A DNA stretch of 64,000 bases from Phoronis australis (Eukaryota; Animalia; Phoronida): assembly GCA_002633005.1 (NCBI GenBank), contig NMRA01000766.1:62001-126000 (forward strand). Direction: 5' to 3'. This document shows, piece by piece, positions 50,007-62,100 of the stretch (position 1 is the stretch's first letter; each line of letters opens with the position of its first letter). The position numbers and the translations under genes were made by a program. Below the pieces are notes generated by a model. The model ran no database searches. It was not told where the DNA came from and saw only the letters and a program-made list of their open reading frames with translations.

Positions 50007-53000
50007 TTACTTCCACCTGTCTTTAGAAGCGCCCGTAGCTTGCAACTCCTCTATGCGAATGTCCTTCAAATGAATCAGCTGTTCTAACCTTCGTATTTTG
50101 GCTTGTAAGATCTAGAGAGAAGAAACAATTATTTCAACAAACATCTGTTGCACAAGCTAGTGCATGTATTGTACAACCAGATAACACATTCAAGTTACTC
50201 TGCTGCAGTTACAGAGAGATGACACCTCACCATCTTTTGCCTACATAAGCATTAAGACGCACCCTTAAACTTACATTTAGTTCGTTGTTTACTTTTATTT
50301 AACTTCATGTGTTTTTAATTGTAAACTTTGAAAACTTGACAATGAAAACTTTTCAGTATAACACATAGCACGTCCAGTTTTAAGCTATGTAGTTTTTGTG
50401 TTCAACTATCTATCCGTTTCATTTGAGTTGTTTTCTTACAGATTTTTGAACTTCCAAAAGCAAGCTCAAATAAATAACTTTAACACATAACCACAGTACT
50501 GCAATAAATATCCTTTGTAACAAAACTTCCAAGTAATTACTAAGTTTTAACAACAGTAATTTTAAACATATATTGTTCAATCCATAACAACTAGCCCGCC
50601 CATCTTCTAACTGTAAGTAGACTTGCAGAGCTTTACAAAAGCCAATAAATTGTTGTCAAGGTGCACACTATCACTGTTGTCAAGGTGCACACTATCACTG
50701 GGAATTCACCTGAGGTTTGTAAGACCTTAATATGCAAAGTTATGCAATAAGATGGCGCACTTTTCTGCTAAGTTTGGAAGTGTGCAAGTGGTCCACCTCA
50801 CCTGTATTGTTTCCTGTTTGGCAAGACACTCTTGTTCCTTTCGCTCTAACTGTGCCATGTTTTCCTCATACAGTGTTTGGGGCACAGTGCTATTCTTAGA
50901 CCCTGAGATATTGTTCATGGATGATGCCTTAGTCATACCCTGCCGAGGGGTTGCTTGCACATTCTTGACTGGACTGCTGTGAACAGGCTTGTTTGCCTGC
51001 CTTCCAACAGGTGGCCTGCCAGGACTGTTGGAGTGACTGAAACGTGCAGGAATCAGATACCAGAACATGCTGCGTTTGCTCCTTTTAGCAGAGTTCAATC
51101 AATCATATTAGGAACCATATAGTAAGAACACCTTGAGACAACGACTAATATGCTTGTGTATTTCCATGTACACTCCATTGTTCACCAATAGAGCTTCATG
51201 GAGCCACATGGGCCCACAGTGAAATTTCTGTACTCAAATTTCTAATTGTTTTGACAACTTCTGTTATGCTTTAATTTTTTTTCCATGTCCACTTAAGTTT
51301 TTCTCAACTTACTTTTGCATGTTCTTGTCTACGTCGGTATGAACTTGAGATAAATGATTATTATTCTTTACTCGTGAACGTTGCAACGTTTAGGTGGCTA
51401 TATTTTATTAGCATTAAGTTAGTTTGCACTTGAGGACTCCAGCATTAAAGCTGTCAGCTCAAGTCAAGTGTGAATGTAAAAAAAGAACAGAAAATGTCAA
51501 AAACAGTTTGGCGAAGGGTTCACTTATTTCTATCAACATGAAGGAGAAAAACGCAAGTAAGTTTTGTGTGCACCAGACAATTCATTTGATCAAGTTTAAC
51601 CAAGAAAATGTTAAACAATTGCATGAAATCTACAAAGAAACCAGATTCCAGAAGACTGAATGTCGCAATAACATGACAGAGATTAGAACACAAAATGGGC
51701 AATGAGAACTGCAGTACTGCTGTGGTGTCTTGTGGAGCACTGCACTTTGGTGACATAACATTACCTGGGGTTTGTTTCATGCAAAAATGACTTTAGACAG
51801 AAATGCAGTCTTACGCTTCACACAATTATTTCTAAAAAAATAAATTACTAGAACAAGAATGCAAAATCTGAGACTATAGACTAGTTATTGGGACAATTTC
51901 TATAATTTTTAGACTCATGTGATCATAATTACTAGGCCAAACCTTAAATCAACAATTGTGCGTAGGACCAAATTTCTGTCTGTGCATAGGACCAAATTTC
52001 TGTCTGTAGTCTTAAGTCACTTTCATGAAACAGATCCCAACAGTATAACTAACCTTACTGCAGCTGTTGGTTTCCCCCGAAGTTGTTTATTACCCACACC
52101 TGAAATAAAGGAAACGCCACACGCTGTCATACTTTCATTAGGTGAAGAGCATTGTGTACTTGTCGTCACTTTGTGACAGCAAGAGAGAAGCCATACAATC
52201 ACACATTAGCTACAAGTCAAGCTCGGGTCCTTGGCATTAATCTGATTATGCAAGTTGGTTATATTGTATTTCCTCAATTTTTAATTAAATGGACAAAAAG
52301 CTACCTTCTGTAAAAAATAAACTTTTGGCTTAGGCCACTAATTGGTCTCTTTAGTCCCTCACCAAAAAATAATGAGATCTTGGCTTGAGAACTGACTGGT
52401 TGTTATAGCTACACACCAGGTCCATTAAGTTGCTTTGCATGGCAGTTCAGTCGCCGATGCAGGACAGCCATTGGGGGATCCCAGCCAAGTTATTCGTAAC
52501 CAATTTCAATAAATCAAGCAAAGGATAAGAAAGCTATGATATAGCTTTGTAAAGCCTAAACTAAGTTGATGGTTTCAATACCGGAACAAGGTTTATAGGG
52601 GTTCTTAAAACAGAGCTTGGCTATGAAATGTTAGTCTTACCATTCTGCACTCGCCCAGGACTACTCATCATGTGAGTGTTTTGGTCTGCCTCAGGTTTGT
52701 CAAGCCGTGCATCATAAACATTGCGTTCGTACCCCTGTGAGCCAGCACCATCACCAAGCGAGGCGACGTGGCCCTCAATCTTTTCCCGAAGCATCATCAA
52801 TACATGCTCCATGACGTACGGCTTACAGAGGATCACTTGCCTTATGATGTTATCACTGATTTCAAAATCGAGTTTTTTAAACACTTTCCTGCAAAACAAG
52901 AAGGTTCCTTCAGAAAGGGACTAAATCAGACCAATGAAATATAACTGTTGTCAAAACTAACAAGAAAACTTCATGCAGCCAATCAAATCACATGGACTAT

Positions 53001-56000
53001 GCCAGTTATGACTGGGGCAGACGTACAATCATATAGTATGCCCCACCAAACAAATTAAGATATGGTAAATCTCTCTTAATCCATCCATGGTTGGATAGTA
53101 CATAAATTGACTATCGTCAGGATTTTGAGTGACGGCTTAACTGACCAATCAGGATGCAGCATTCTTGATACACCTTCGTTTCCAAGCTGCCATTTTACCC
53201 GACAAACAACACATTGCCGTGTAAAACATAATGTTTGTATGTTAACTTTTTGCAAGGGGGTAGACCTTGCGGGAAGTCAATTATTAAAAACCCATCCAAA
53301 CAGGTATGCGATATCAGCTCCAGAACATTTGAAAATACAAAGTAACTTAAGGTCACCGTGGCAGTATACAAGATAACGTTAGCACAAGAACAATGGAATT
53401 GCATGATGACACAAAACCCATAACTGAATCCCTATGATGTTGAAATAATCATTATTACCTATCAGCGGCCTAGTTTTTCTCAAAAGTCGAGCTCTCGAGC
53501 CCATCTTGGGCTCTTCATAGGGGCACTGGGTGGGATCTCCGGGTCATGTGATCACCTGGTGCCTGGTGGCCTTCAAGTGCCACCTGGTGGCTGTCACGTA
53601 AAACAAGGTGTTGGTAGATGGTGGGTAATTCATAAGTACTATCTTTTTAACTCTGGATCTCAAGAAAAACTAGGCAACCGATAGGTAATAAATATTATTT
53701 CAATATAACGTAACAGCGCCACTTAACAACATTCATTCCACGACTTATGGTGCTATTTTTACACCAACAAAATAGGCAAATACATTCCATGAACAAAAGG
53801 GCAAAGATGAGATGAACAACATCTGAGCTTTGTACATACAGTATCCCAAAACTATAATATCACTTCCTTCTTTATTGACTTGGGAACAAGATTTATTTGT
53901 TGCATTTATGAAGAGGCAATAAAAGTCTTCAAATCAGCACAAATGCAAATAATTTTAATTAACTTGGTCAGATCAACTGTCTGTGGGCTTCAGACATTTT
54001 CTAGTTTCCAGTAGCAAAATGCTATAAACTTGTATTCTCTAACAATCGCATTTCCCATGTATAAATAGCCCAAGATTACTTATGCGCCTATTTTTATATC
54101 ACGACGTAGAACTACTAGAATCTAATTCACAAGAACTAAATTTGATCTCCCAGTACTGTACTGAAGTGTAATTACATTTGTGGAACATCTTGCATGAAAT
54201 TACTCAGGGCTGTTCCAGCAAAATCTGTATGGGAGGGGGGGAAGGCACTTTTATTTCGTACCCACCGCCCATATTTTTCATTTATTTCTCCAACCCATGA
54301 CCCATAATTTTTTAATTATTTTTGATAGGTTAAAATATAAAATCCAACACTTGCAAACAAATTGCCACCAGGAGGACCTGTTAAGAACTTAGATGATTGA
54401 CAGACAAGAACTAGTTGTCTTGTCCAATATTGTCAAAAACTAAAGTAGCCTGTGAGCAATACTTTTGGCAGCCACCAGGTGTCTCTGTTCACCATGTGTC
54501 TATAATTTCAATGAACATTTTTTCAATTATAAGGATCTATGAATCTCAAACTGTCTCCACNGCTCCATGACGTACGGCTTACAGAGGATCACTTGCCGTA
54601 TGATGTTATCACTGATTTCAAAATTGAGTTTTTTAAACACTTTCCTGCAAAACAAGAAGGTTCCTTCAGAAAGGGACTATATCAGACCAATGAATACAAT
54701 TGTTGTAAAAACTGACAAGAAAACTTCATTAAACAATGCAGCCAATCAAATCACCTGGGGCAATGCTAGTTATGACTGGGGCAGAAGTTCAATCATATAG
54801 TAGGCCCCACCAAAGAAATTTAGATGTGGTAAATCTCTCTCAATACATAAATTGACCTATCATCAGGATTTTGAGTGACGGCTTAACTGACCAATCAGGA
54901 CGCAGCATTCTTGATAAACCCTCGTTTCCAAGCTGCCATTTTACCCAACAAACAACACGTTGCTGTGTAAAACATAATGTTTGTATGTTAACTTTTTGCA
55001 AGGGGGTAGACCTTGCGGGAAGTCAATTATTAAAAACCCATCCAAACAGGTAGGTGATATCAGCTCCAGAACATTTGAAAATACAAAGCAACTTAAGGTC
55101 ACCGTGGCAGTATACAAGATAACGTTAGCACAAGAACAATGGAATTGCATGATGACACAAAACCCATAACTGAATACCTATGATGTTGAAAAAATCATTA
55201 TTACCTATCAGGGGCCTAGTTTTTCTCGAAAGTCGAGCTCTCGAGCCCATCTTGGGCTCTTCATAGGGGCACTGGGTGGGATCTCCGGGTCATGTGATCA
55301 CCTGGTGCCTGGTGGCCTTCTGGTGGCCTTCTAGTGCCACCTGGTGGCTGTCACGTAAAACAAGGTGTTGGTAGATGGTGGGTAATTCATAAGTACTATC
55401 TTTTTAACTCTGGATCTCAAGAAAAACTAGGCAACCGATAGGTAATAATTATTATTTCAATAAAACATAACAGCGCCACTTAACAACATTCATTCCACGA
55501 CTTATGGTGCTATTTTTACACCAAAAAATAGGCAAATACATTCCATGAACAAAAGGGCAAAGATTGCATGAACAACATCATACTGAGCTTTGTACATACA
55601 GTATCCCAAAACTATATCACTTCCTTATTTATTGAATTGGGAACAAGATTTATTTGTTGCATTTATGAAGAGGCAATTAAAGTCTTCAAATCAGCACAAA
55701 TGCAAATAATATTAATTAACTTGGGAACATCAACTGTCTGTGGGCTTCATACATTTTCTAGTTTCCAGTAGCAAAATGCTATAAGCTTGTATTCTCTAAC
55801 AATCGCATTTCCCACGTATAAATAGCCCAAGATTACCTATGATCCTATTTTCATATCAAGACGACGACGTAGAACTACTAGAATCTAATTCACAAGAACT
55901 AAATTTGATCTCCCAGCACTGTACATTTGTGGAACATCCTGCATGAAATTACTCAAACAACCTGATTGTTGAAAGTTTTCTTTTTTCATTACAATAACCA

Positions 56001-57028
56001 CATCCCAAATTATCAAAGCACCATCTATGATTCCGTGCTTTTTACCCAAAATGCTAGGCGTAAGTAGGATGCTCATCCCACTACTGCTACGTACATCAAA
56101 ACCAGTACAAAAATCGTCATTATAATTGACAACATTTTATTGTTACATGAGTTGCAATGCGGACATAAAAATCAGTAAACCTAAGTGGGAGGGAGGGGAT
56201 TAACAAATTGCCCATCACTTGTCCCAATCAACTCACAATAGTGCCAGTGGCCATACCTTCCAAAAACTAGGTCAACCATACAATGCATTTTTTTCCGAAA
56301 AAAATGGAATTTTGGGATGTTGTAATTAAAATATAGTCCTATGACATACCTGTTGAGGGTTTTCCAGTTTTCTTGTTTTTGTTGGCCAGCGTTTGCAGGC
56401 GTGTAATTGTGCAGCTCGACATATCGTGGAAAAAAGTGCCTCACCACTTCAGCAACCATGACTGAAAAATGCACAAAGGTGTCATTAAAAACCTTACTGA
56501 CATAACAAAAATCCTAAAATTCTAGATGCTGTGAAACCCGATTTATTTTTAAAAACTTTTTTTTCAGACACTGTCAAAGAATATAAAAGTTACAACTAAA
56601 TTTTATAATTAAATGACAGCTATTCTTATTGTTACGTAAGAATCATACAACTTAATGCCAATCCAAAAAGTATTTTTAAGCACGTATGCTTGGTCCATTC
56701 CCAATTTTGTAATTTCTAAGAACGAATGGCTAAGTAAATAAAACTAATAGATGAACCTACTATCCATTGAAACGATATAAAATAAAATAACTAGTTCCTT
56801 GATGAAAATTGGGTTATGATGACGCCATTCAGAAAAAATACACCGCGAAAGTTAAAACTCATTTGTGTTTACCAAGATGACTAAACACCCACCTCCATCG
56901 GAAAAATCTCTGGAAACATTTCTCTTTGGCCTAGATAGTGGAATCTCATCTATCCAGCTATAGAGGTCCTGTAGTGTATCCTCGTCAATAGGCTCGCCCA
57001 TAGCCTTGACACCACTCTGGTCAGACAT
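50007..57028 (-). CDS. SPEF1: Sperm flagellar protein 1 (SPEF1/CLAMP) homologue, copy 1
   Basis: Exons 56893-57028, 56350-56461, 52641-52888, 52059-52099, 51765-51790 (weaker call), 50802-51036, 50007-50111, phase-consistent. CH-domain motifs WIDEIPLSRPKRNVSRDFSDG and VELHNYTPAN...ENW; coiled-coil ETIQILQAKIRRLEQLIHLKDIRIEEL. Confidence 0.9.
53452..53691. mobile_element. MITE-like element (second copy ~55198-55449 in the duplicated segment)
   Basis: ~29-bp TIR TTATTACCTATC....GCCTAGTTTTTCT / AGAAAAACTAGGC....GATAGGTAATAA. Confidence 0.7.
54207..54560. mobile_element. Probable transposon end, truncated at N 54561
   Basis: Begins GGGCTGTTCCAGCAAAA exactly where the two duplicate copies diverge; absent from the second copy (actca|aacaacc near 55955). 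Confidence 0.5.
54562..55955. repeat. ~1.4-kb near-identical duplicate of 52806-54206, including part of SPEF1 exon 3 (54562-54644)
   Basis: Colinear with scattered SNPs/indels and starts immediately after an N; probably an uncollapsed allele. Confidence 0.9.
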
Positions 57029-57289
57029 GGACGGCAAGACAAAGACTGTTCTCGTTAATCAAACTGATTGCATCCTCTGCAGAAATCGTGGAAAATTAAA
57101 GACAATTGTCTCAATGCCAGGAAATGAGAGTCTATATAAAAGCAAAATAGCCATGCAGAAAAAATAAAAATCTTAAATGTCTCCACAATTTCTACCTTCT
57201 ACAATACTGCACATCATACAGTCGCCAACCTAATCACAAACCTTTATCTCACCATCAATACTCACCCACCTTATGTTACCTGACCCCCC

Positions 57290-57400
57290 AAGTTTCACAT
57301 TGCAAACCCACAAAACTCCATTTTCTCTTCCATAGCAGTTCTACGGAATAATCTTCCAGCCCATCCAGATAACTTCCAGAGAGCTATCCTTCTACGTTAG
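57290..57400 (+). mobile_element. Possible decayed 3' end of a non-LTR (CR1/L2-like) ORF2
   Basis: QNSIFSSIAVLRNNLPA resembles the KNSFF...WNxLP terminal motif. Confidence 0.3.
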
Positions 57401-57503
57401 CTCTACAATTGCACTCTCTCATAAGTGACTGAAGACAAATCTAGACTAAAACCTCTGCCGTGTCTTGTCTAGACCAGAACAATTGCCTGCGCGACCAGAA
57501 CAA

Positions 57504-57518
57504 GTGTCCATTGGCAAC
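57504..57518. promoter_or_regulatory. RFX X-box-like motif between the divergent SPEF1 genes
   Basis: GTGTCCATTGGCAAC (reverse GTTGCCAATGGACAC); ciliary genes are established RFX targets. Confidence 0.4.
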
Positions 57519-58208
57519 TGATTTGTGGGGGCACTTAAGCGTCATTTTAGGACATCACAAGAACCGGAAGAACTCTGATCTGAGTAAAATATGAGCATAA
57601 AAAATCAATAAATTTTTTTGCAATTCGAAGCAAAATACCAAAACTGTTTTAGACTTCTTTATAATTTCAACACTGCTCATGCCTTCAAGCGACAGGTAAG
57701 ATTGTTACGTACAACTTATTAATCAAAAACTGAACAAATGAAAACATCTATTTTTTGATGAATCCGTGCAGACGAGGAAAGCATGCGTAATCACACTGCT
57801 CTGTGATATGCACGTTGTCTGCAGGGATTCAACTTGTTGCTTACACAAATGAAAAAATGAACCAGCGGAGTATTCTTAGTTTACTCAGATGTTTTTAGTG
57901 TAGATTAAGATTTTAGGTCCAACATTTAAAATTAGGTTTTGTGATCGTCCACTAGGGCTGACTTGGGTGAGCTTTGTTCCTACTTTCACCAAAATCAAAA
58001 CGAGGCTAGCTATAAAAAAACAGAAAGCGATGGACATTAAAAGCAATTCATCAGCATAAAGTACAGTTATTCCTCAGGTTTTGCTTAGGGTAAGATTTTG
58101 TGAAACGTTTGGTCAGTCAGACCACAGACACTTTTAACCAGCCGCTTGTATGACACTATACTATACAGACCGCCGAGCGACTGATAAGAGTGCTGGTGGT
58201 TACCGTGC

Positions 58209-58330
58209 TGGCACTAGTCGGATATAATGGACCCTGATATGGAGAACCAGTTTCATCCACTAAATAATGACCGTAATTCAGTGATTGCCTGGTTCTCTAA
58301 ATCAGGGTCCACTATATCCGACTAGTGCCA
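58209..58330. mobile_element. Foldback/MITE-like inverted repeat
   Basis: TGGCACTAGTCGGATATA.TGGACCCTGAT...GAGAACCAG / CTGGTTCTC...ATCAGGGTCCA.TATATCCGACTAGTGCCA. Confidence 0.8.
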
Positions 58331-58540
58331 GAGTGCCTGTGGTAGGACAGTCTGTCTGATTTTTAGGTGCACTTTCGACTTGACAACAAGTTTACTTTTC
58401 TCTCTCTTCAGTCGAAGTCAAGTATTCCAAAGTGGTTGTCATTCACTTCCTTACATACATTCATTACTGACTAGTGAAACCGAGTTCAGAGGCTAAGGAG
58501 ACAATTTTTGTGCAATGATTGATAGTTAGCCAGTAAAGCA

Positions 58541-58623
58541 AGGATTCGAATCCGGGTCTCCCAAACGGGAGTCCGCAGGCGAGCACAATCCCACAACTCA
58601 AAAGGCACAAACCACTGAGCCAC
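58541..58623 (-). mobile_element. tRNA-derived SINE-like head
   Basis: Minus strand has A-box TGGCTCAGTGG and B-box-like GGATTCGAATCC; no complete cloverleaf. Confidence 0.45.
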
Positions 58624-59183
58624 ACTGTCTCGGCAAAATTGCCACCGTCTCCCGATATAAGTTGGTTCACCAAAACAAAAAGTAACATAAGGTTACAATC
58701 ATTAATATTTTTCCACATAAACAAACAAAATAACCTTAGTATAACATGCTTTGAAAGATTCCTATAACCTTCCCCTTTTCTTCTGTCAGTTCAGTTTACA
58801 GTTTACCCCAGAGACAGGAATCGGAAATGCCAAATCACACGAATACCAATCAAACTTTTAATTGTATTTACCTGAATTATACTGTTAAACAAAGTATTGG
58901 TATTAAAATGTTCAAATAAACATTTAATAACTAAAATATTCAATACCTTTAACCATAATTTACAAATATATGATTAAAAAAACTGTATTTTACACGTTTT
59001 TTTTGGTGCGTAGTGCGTTTCTCCGCAACAAGGTAACAACCTTTTCACCTATGACGTTTTGTGTGTTGGTCAATAAACTTGTTGGCTTTTGTTCAATAAT
59101 CCTTTCGCGTAGGACGTCGTGAACTTTTCACAGGGATTAATTACATTTTAAAGCTGGCCTTTCTCGAGAGCAACGATGAGAAA

Positions 59184-62100
59184 ATGTCGGACTGGGAGGT
59201 GGACGACGAGGAAATTCTCAAAGAACTATACGAATGGGTAGATGAAGTGCCTTTGTCTCGACCCAAGAAAAATATCAGTCGGGATTTCTCTGATGGTGGT
59301 AAGACTCTCTCTCGAATTGACAAGCTTGATGTTCTTCAAAACTTACAAAAATTGTTCTGTTGATATGGTATCCCACAAAATATTTTATAGCTTAACATTA
59401 TCTCCTGAGGCTGGGACCTCAGAAACTGAAAAAGGGGAAGATGAAGTTCCGAAGTACCCAGCTGATCCTAGGCAATGACTAAACTGATGCACGCCACAGT
59501 TCACACCCATCTCGCTGGCATCCCACCTGACTCCAGGGCCCTCTTTTTAACGTAATTAAAATATCCTAGCCATTCAATAAGCTTTGACAAATGCTAATGG
59601 AGTGTATTTTTCAATCACTATATTAGTAGAATACCACTGACCTAAACCAGTGACATTCTTAAACCAAACCAAGTCTGCACAGTACGGTTGGATAACAATT
59701 TATAGGAACATGAGACTGAGTAACATTACCAGTTTTCTAAAACATAAATCCCTCTTACATTATTTTCCTTGAATTCTGAATATAGAGTTAAGACTACTGC
59801 CAATGACGTCATTGTATCTTTTTTTACTGAAATGGCTGTGTTGCTTTCAATGAACGAATATTTGTATAATTAGTTCCATGTATGTTCATGTGATTGTTTG
59901 AATCAGAGCATTACATGAGATATTGGATTAAAATTAAACATTTTCCTGAATGTGTTTCATAATTTTAGCTTGCAATTTATGACCTTGCATGTTTATGTAT
60001 TTTATCTGAAATTCTACTGTGGGTGTCCACCTGGGAGTCCTTAATTAACTGACCAGTAATGTCTACCTGTGTTATGTAGTCAGTAGGGGAGCTAATCAGT
60101 AATGTCTACCTGTGTTATGTAGTCAGTAGGGGAGCTAATCAGTAATGTCTACCTGTGTTATGTAGTCAGTAGGGGAGCTAATCAGTAATCAATAGAATAC
60201 AATTGAAAATCAATTCTTTTCAGGTGAAGCAGGCTCTGTTTGATGCTCTTACTAAACAATTATGGCATTAAGATTTTACCCTGAATTATGATGCATTTTA
60301 TGAAAAATGTAAAGTAGGTTTCTTTGTGCATCACTTTCGCTTAACATGGAATTTAATGTTTTGTGTGCAATGTTACTCTATTTGCTGTGTACAAGTTGTG
60401 TGAATTTTTTCAGTTATGGCGGCTGAGATAGTGAATCATTACTTTCCACGCTTTGTTGAGATGCACAACTACTCCCCTGCGTCAAGTGTTAAACAAAAAT
60501 CAAAAAACTGGGATATGCTTAACAGGTACTTTGGCACTGGCCAAGTTTAAAGCCACGCTCTCAGTTACTCTGTGAAAGTTAGATTTTGGCATACTGGACT
60601 TTGTCGGATAGTTTTGACTGGGCATTTCTCGGTTCAGTCCTATCCAAAATATGACGGCAATTCATCAAGATGTCCGCAGTTCATGAACTGTAAAAGTATT
60701 TGTAAATCCCATGGAGTGAGAATAAAGTCAAATCAAAATCAGTAAACGAGCTAGGAACATTAGCTATCCCTGTAAAAATGTTAAGGATATATTCTTGACA
60801 AAAACAGAGATGTTTAATGATAGCTCGCTGTGTGCTATAGGCTTACAGCTTATAGTGAAAATTTATGTCAAGACTGAAATGTCCAGTGACATCTTCTACA
60901 GTCGTAACTGATGGCCTGGTGTGTGGTTTGGGTTATCCTGAGTGGCAATTATTAATTATTGTGAAGTTCACCCTCTTATTATTTCTGTGTGGTTTTGTTT
61001 GCAGTCATGGTTGCCGAGTTACTGCATCATTATTTCCCTCACTTAGTTGATGTACATAACTACACCCCAGCTAACGCCACAAAACAGAAGTTAGAAAACT
61101 GGTATTTGTTGGGCAGGTGAGTATATGTTTGCCTGCAACTTCAGGTGAATCTCTTTGTAGAAGTCTTCAGCTATAAGTCACTAAGACACGGTCTTTCACT
61201 GTGACCTGTTAATTGTACCATTTTTGCAAGTTTAGTTGTAATATGGAAATAAATTAATGTTTCTGAGCATTTACAAATTATCAGTTCTTCCCAAGCTCCA
61301 AAATAACAACTCCTTGCCTAATTAAGGAACAATTCAAAACCAGATTTATAGTTTTAAGTGGTCCAAATCAAAAACAATTTTCTGATTGTCGGTATTACCT
61401 TATAATAGCTTTAAATACTGAATACTTTTGCAAAAAAATTTCTCCTTGTTTGTTTGTTGAGTGGGATTTTTTGTTTTATTTTCAAGATTTTTTTTCTGAA
61501 CAAACGTCATTTCAGCCTCAGAATAAACTTCTCATTTTGATTGGTAAATATATCAATCAAATAAAAAGTAATGTTACTATTTTAGGTTTTTTAAGATTTG
61601 TTTACTGCTATGTTTTGTTTGCTGAGTACTGTAAATCTTCTCACTTGTTTATCATACAATATGACCGTCAAGTGAATTCTGTTTTGTCAAATTTCTTCAC
61701 CAAAATAAAGATTAAGAAAACGTTTCTAGCTTAGTTTGTACTGTTTAGATGTCATAATATAACATTTGGTGAAGTTTGCACTATTTTTAAGTAATCAGCC
61801 TTTTAAAAATGGAAAAATGAAAATTTTGGCGATTATTTTTGTGCGAAAGAAGCGAAGAATTAGCGTTACATATTTAAGTCTCCGTTGCAACTTTTTATTG
61901 TAAAAAGGAATGACTGTTTTGTTGACAAATACCTAGTTAATAAAAATACTTTATAAATCACAAGTGATTGATTAAATTGGGGTGCCAGTTGACACCAGTG
62001 AGATCAATAGAATGTTACCGTGGTTACCTTACTGCCATCAATAAGTGGCTTGAGTACACCCTGGGATTGTGAGTGCCTGTATTGATTTATTGCCTGTTGT

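Noticed and set aside
50651-50700. 24-bp direct duplication (also short ones near 23007, 26990 and 51965)
   Set aside because: Ordinary slippage duplications in introns with no evident function.
54562-54644. Alternative duplicated exon 3 of SPEF1 copy 1
   Set aside because: Truncated at an N and nearly identical including introns; most likely an uncollapsed haplotype.
58541-58623. tRNA gene
   Set aside because: A/B-box-like motifs are present but I cannot fold acceptor and anticodon stems; treated as SINE-like.
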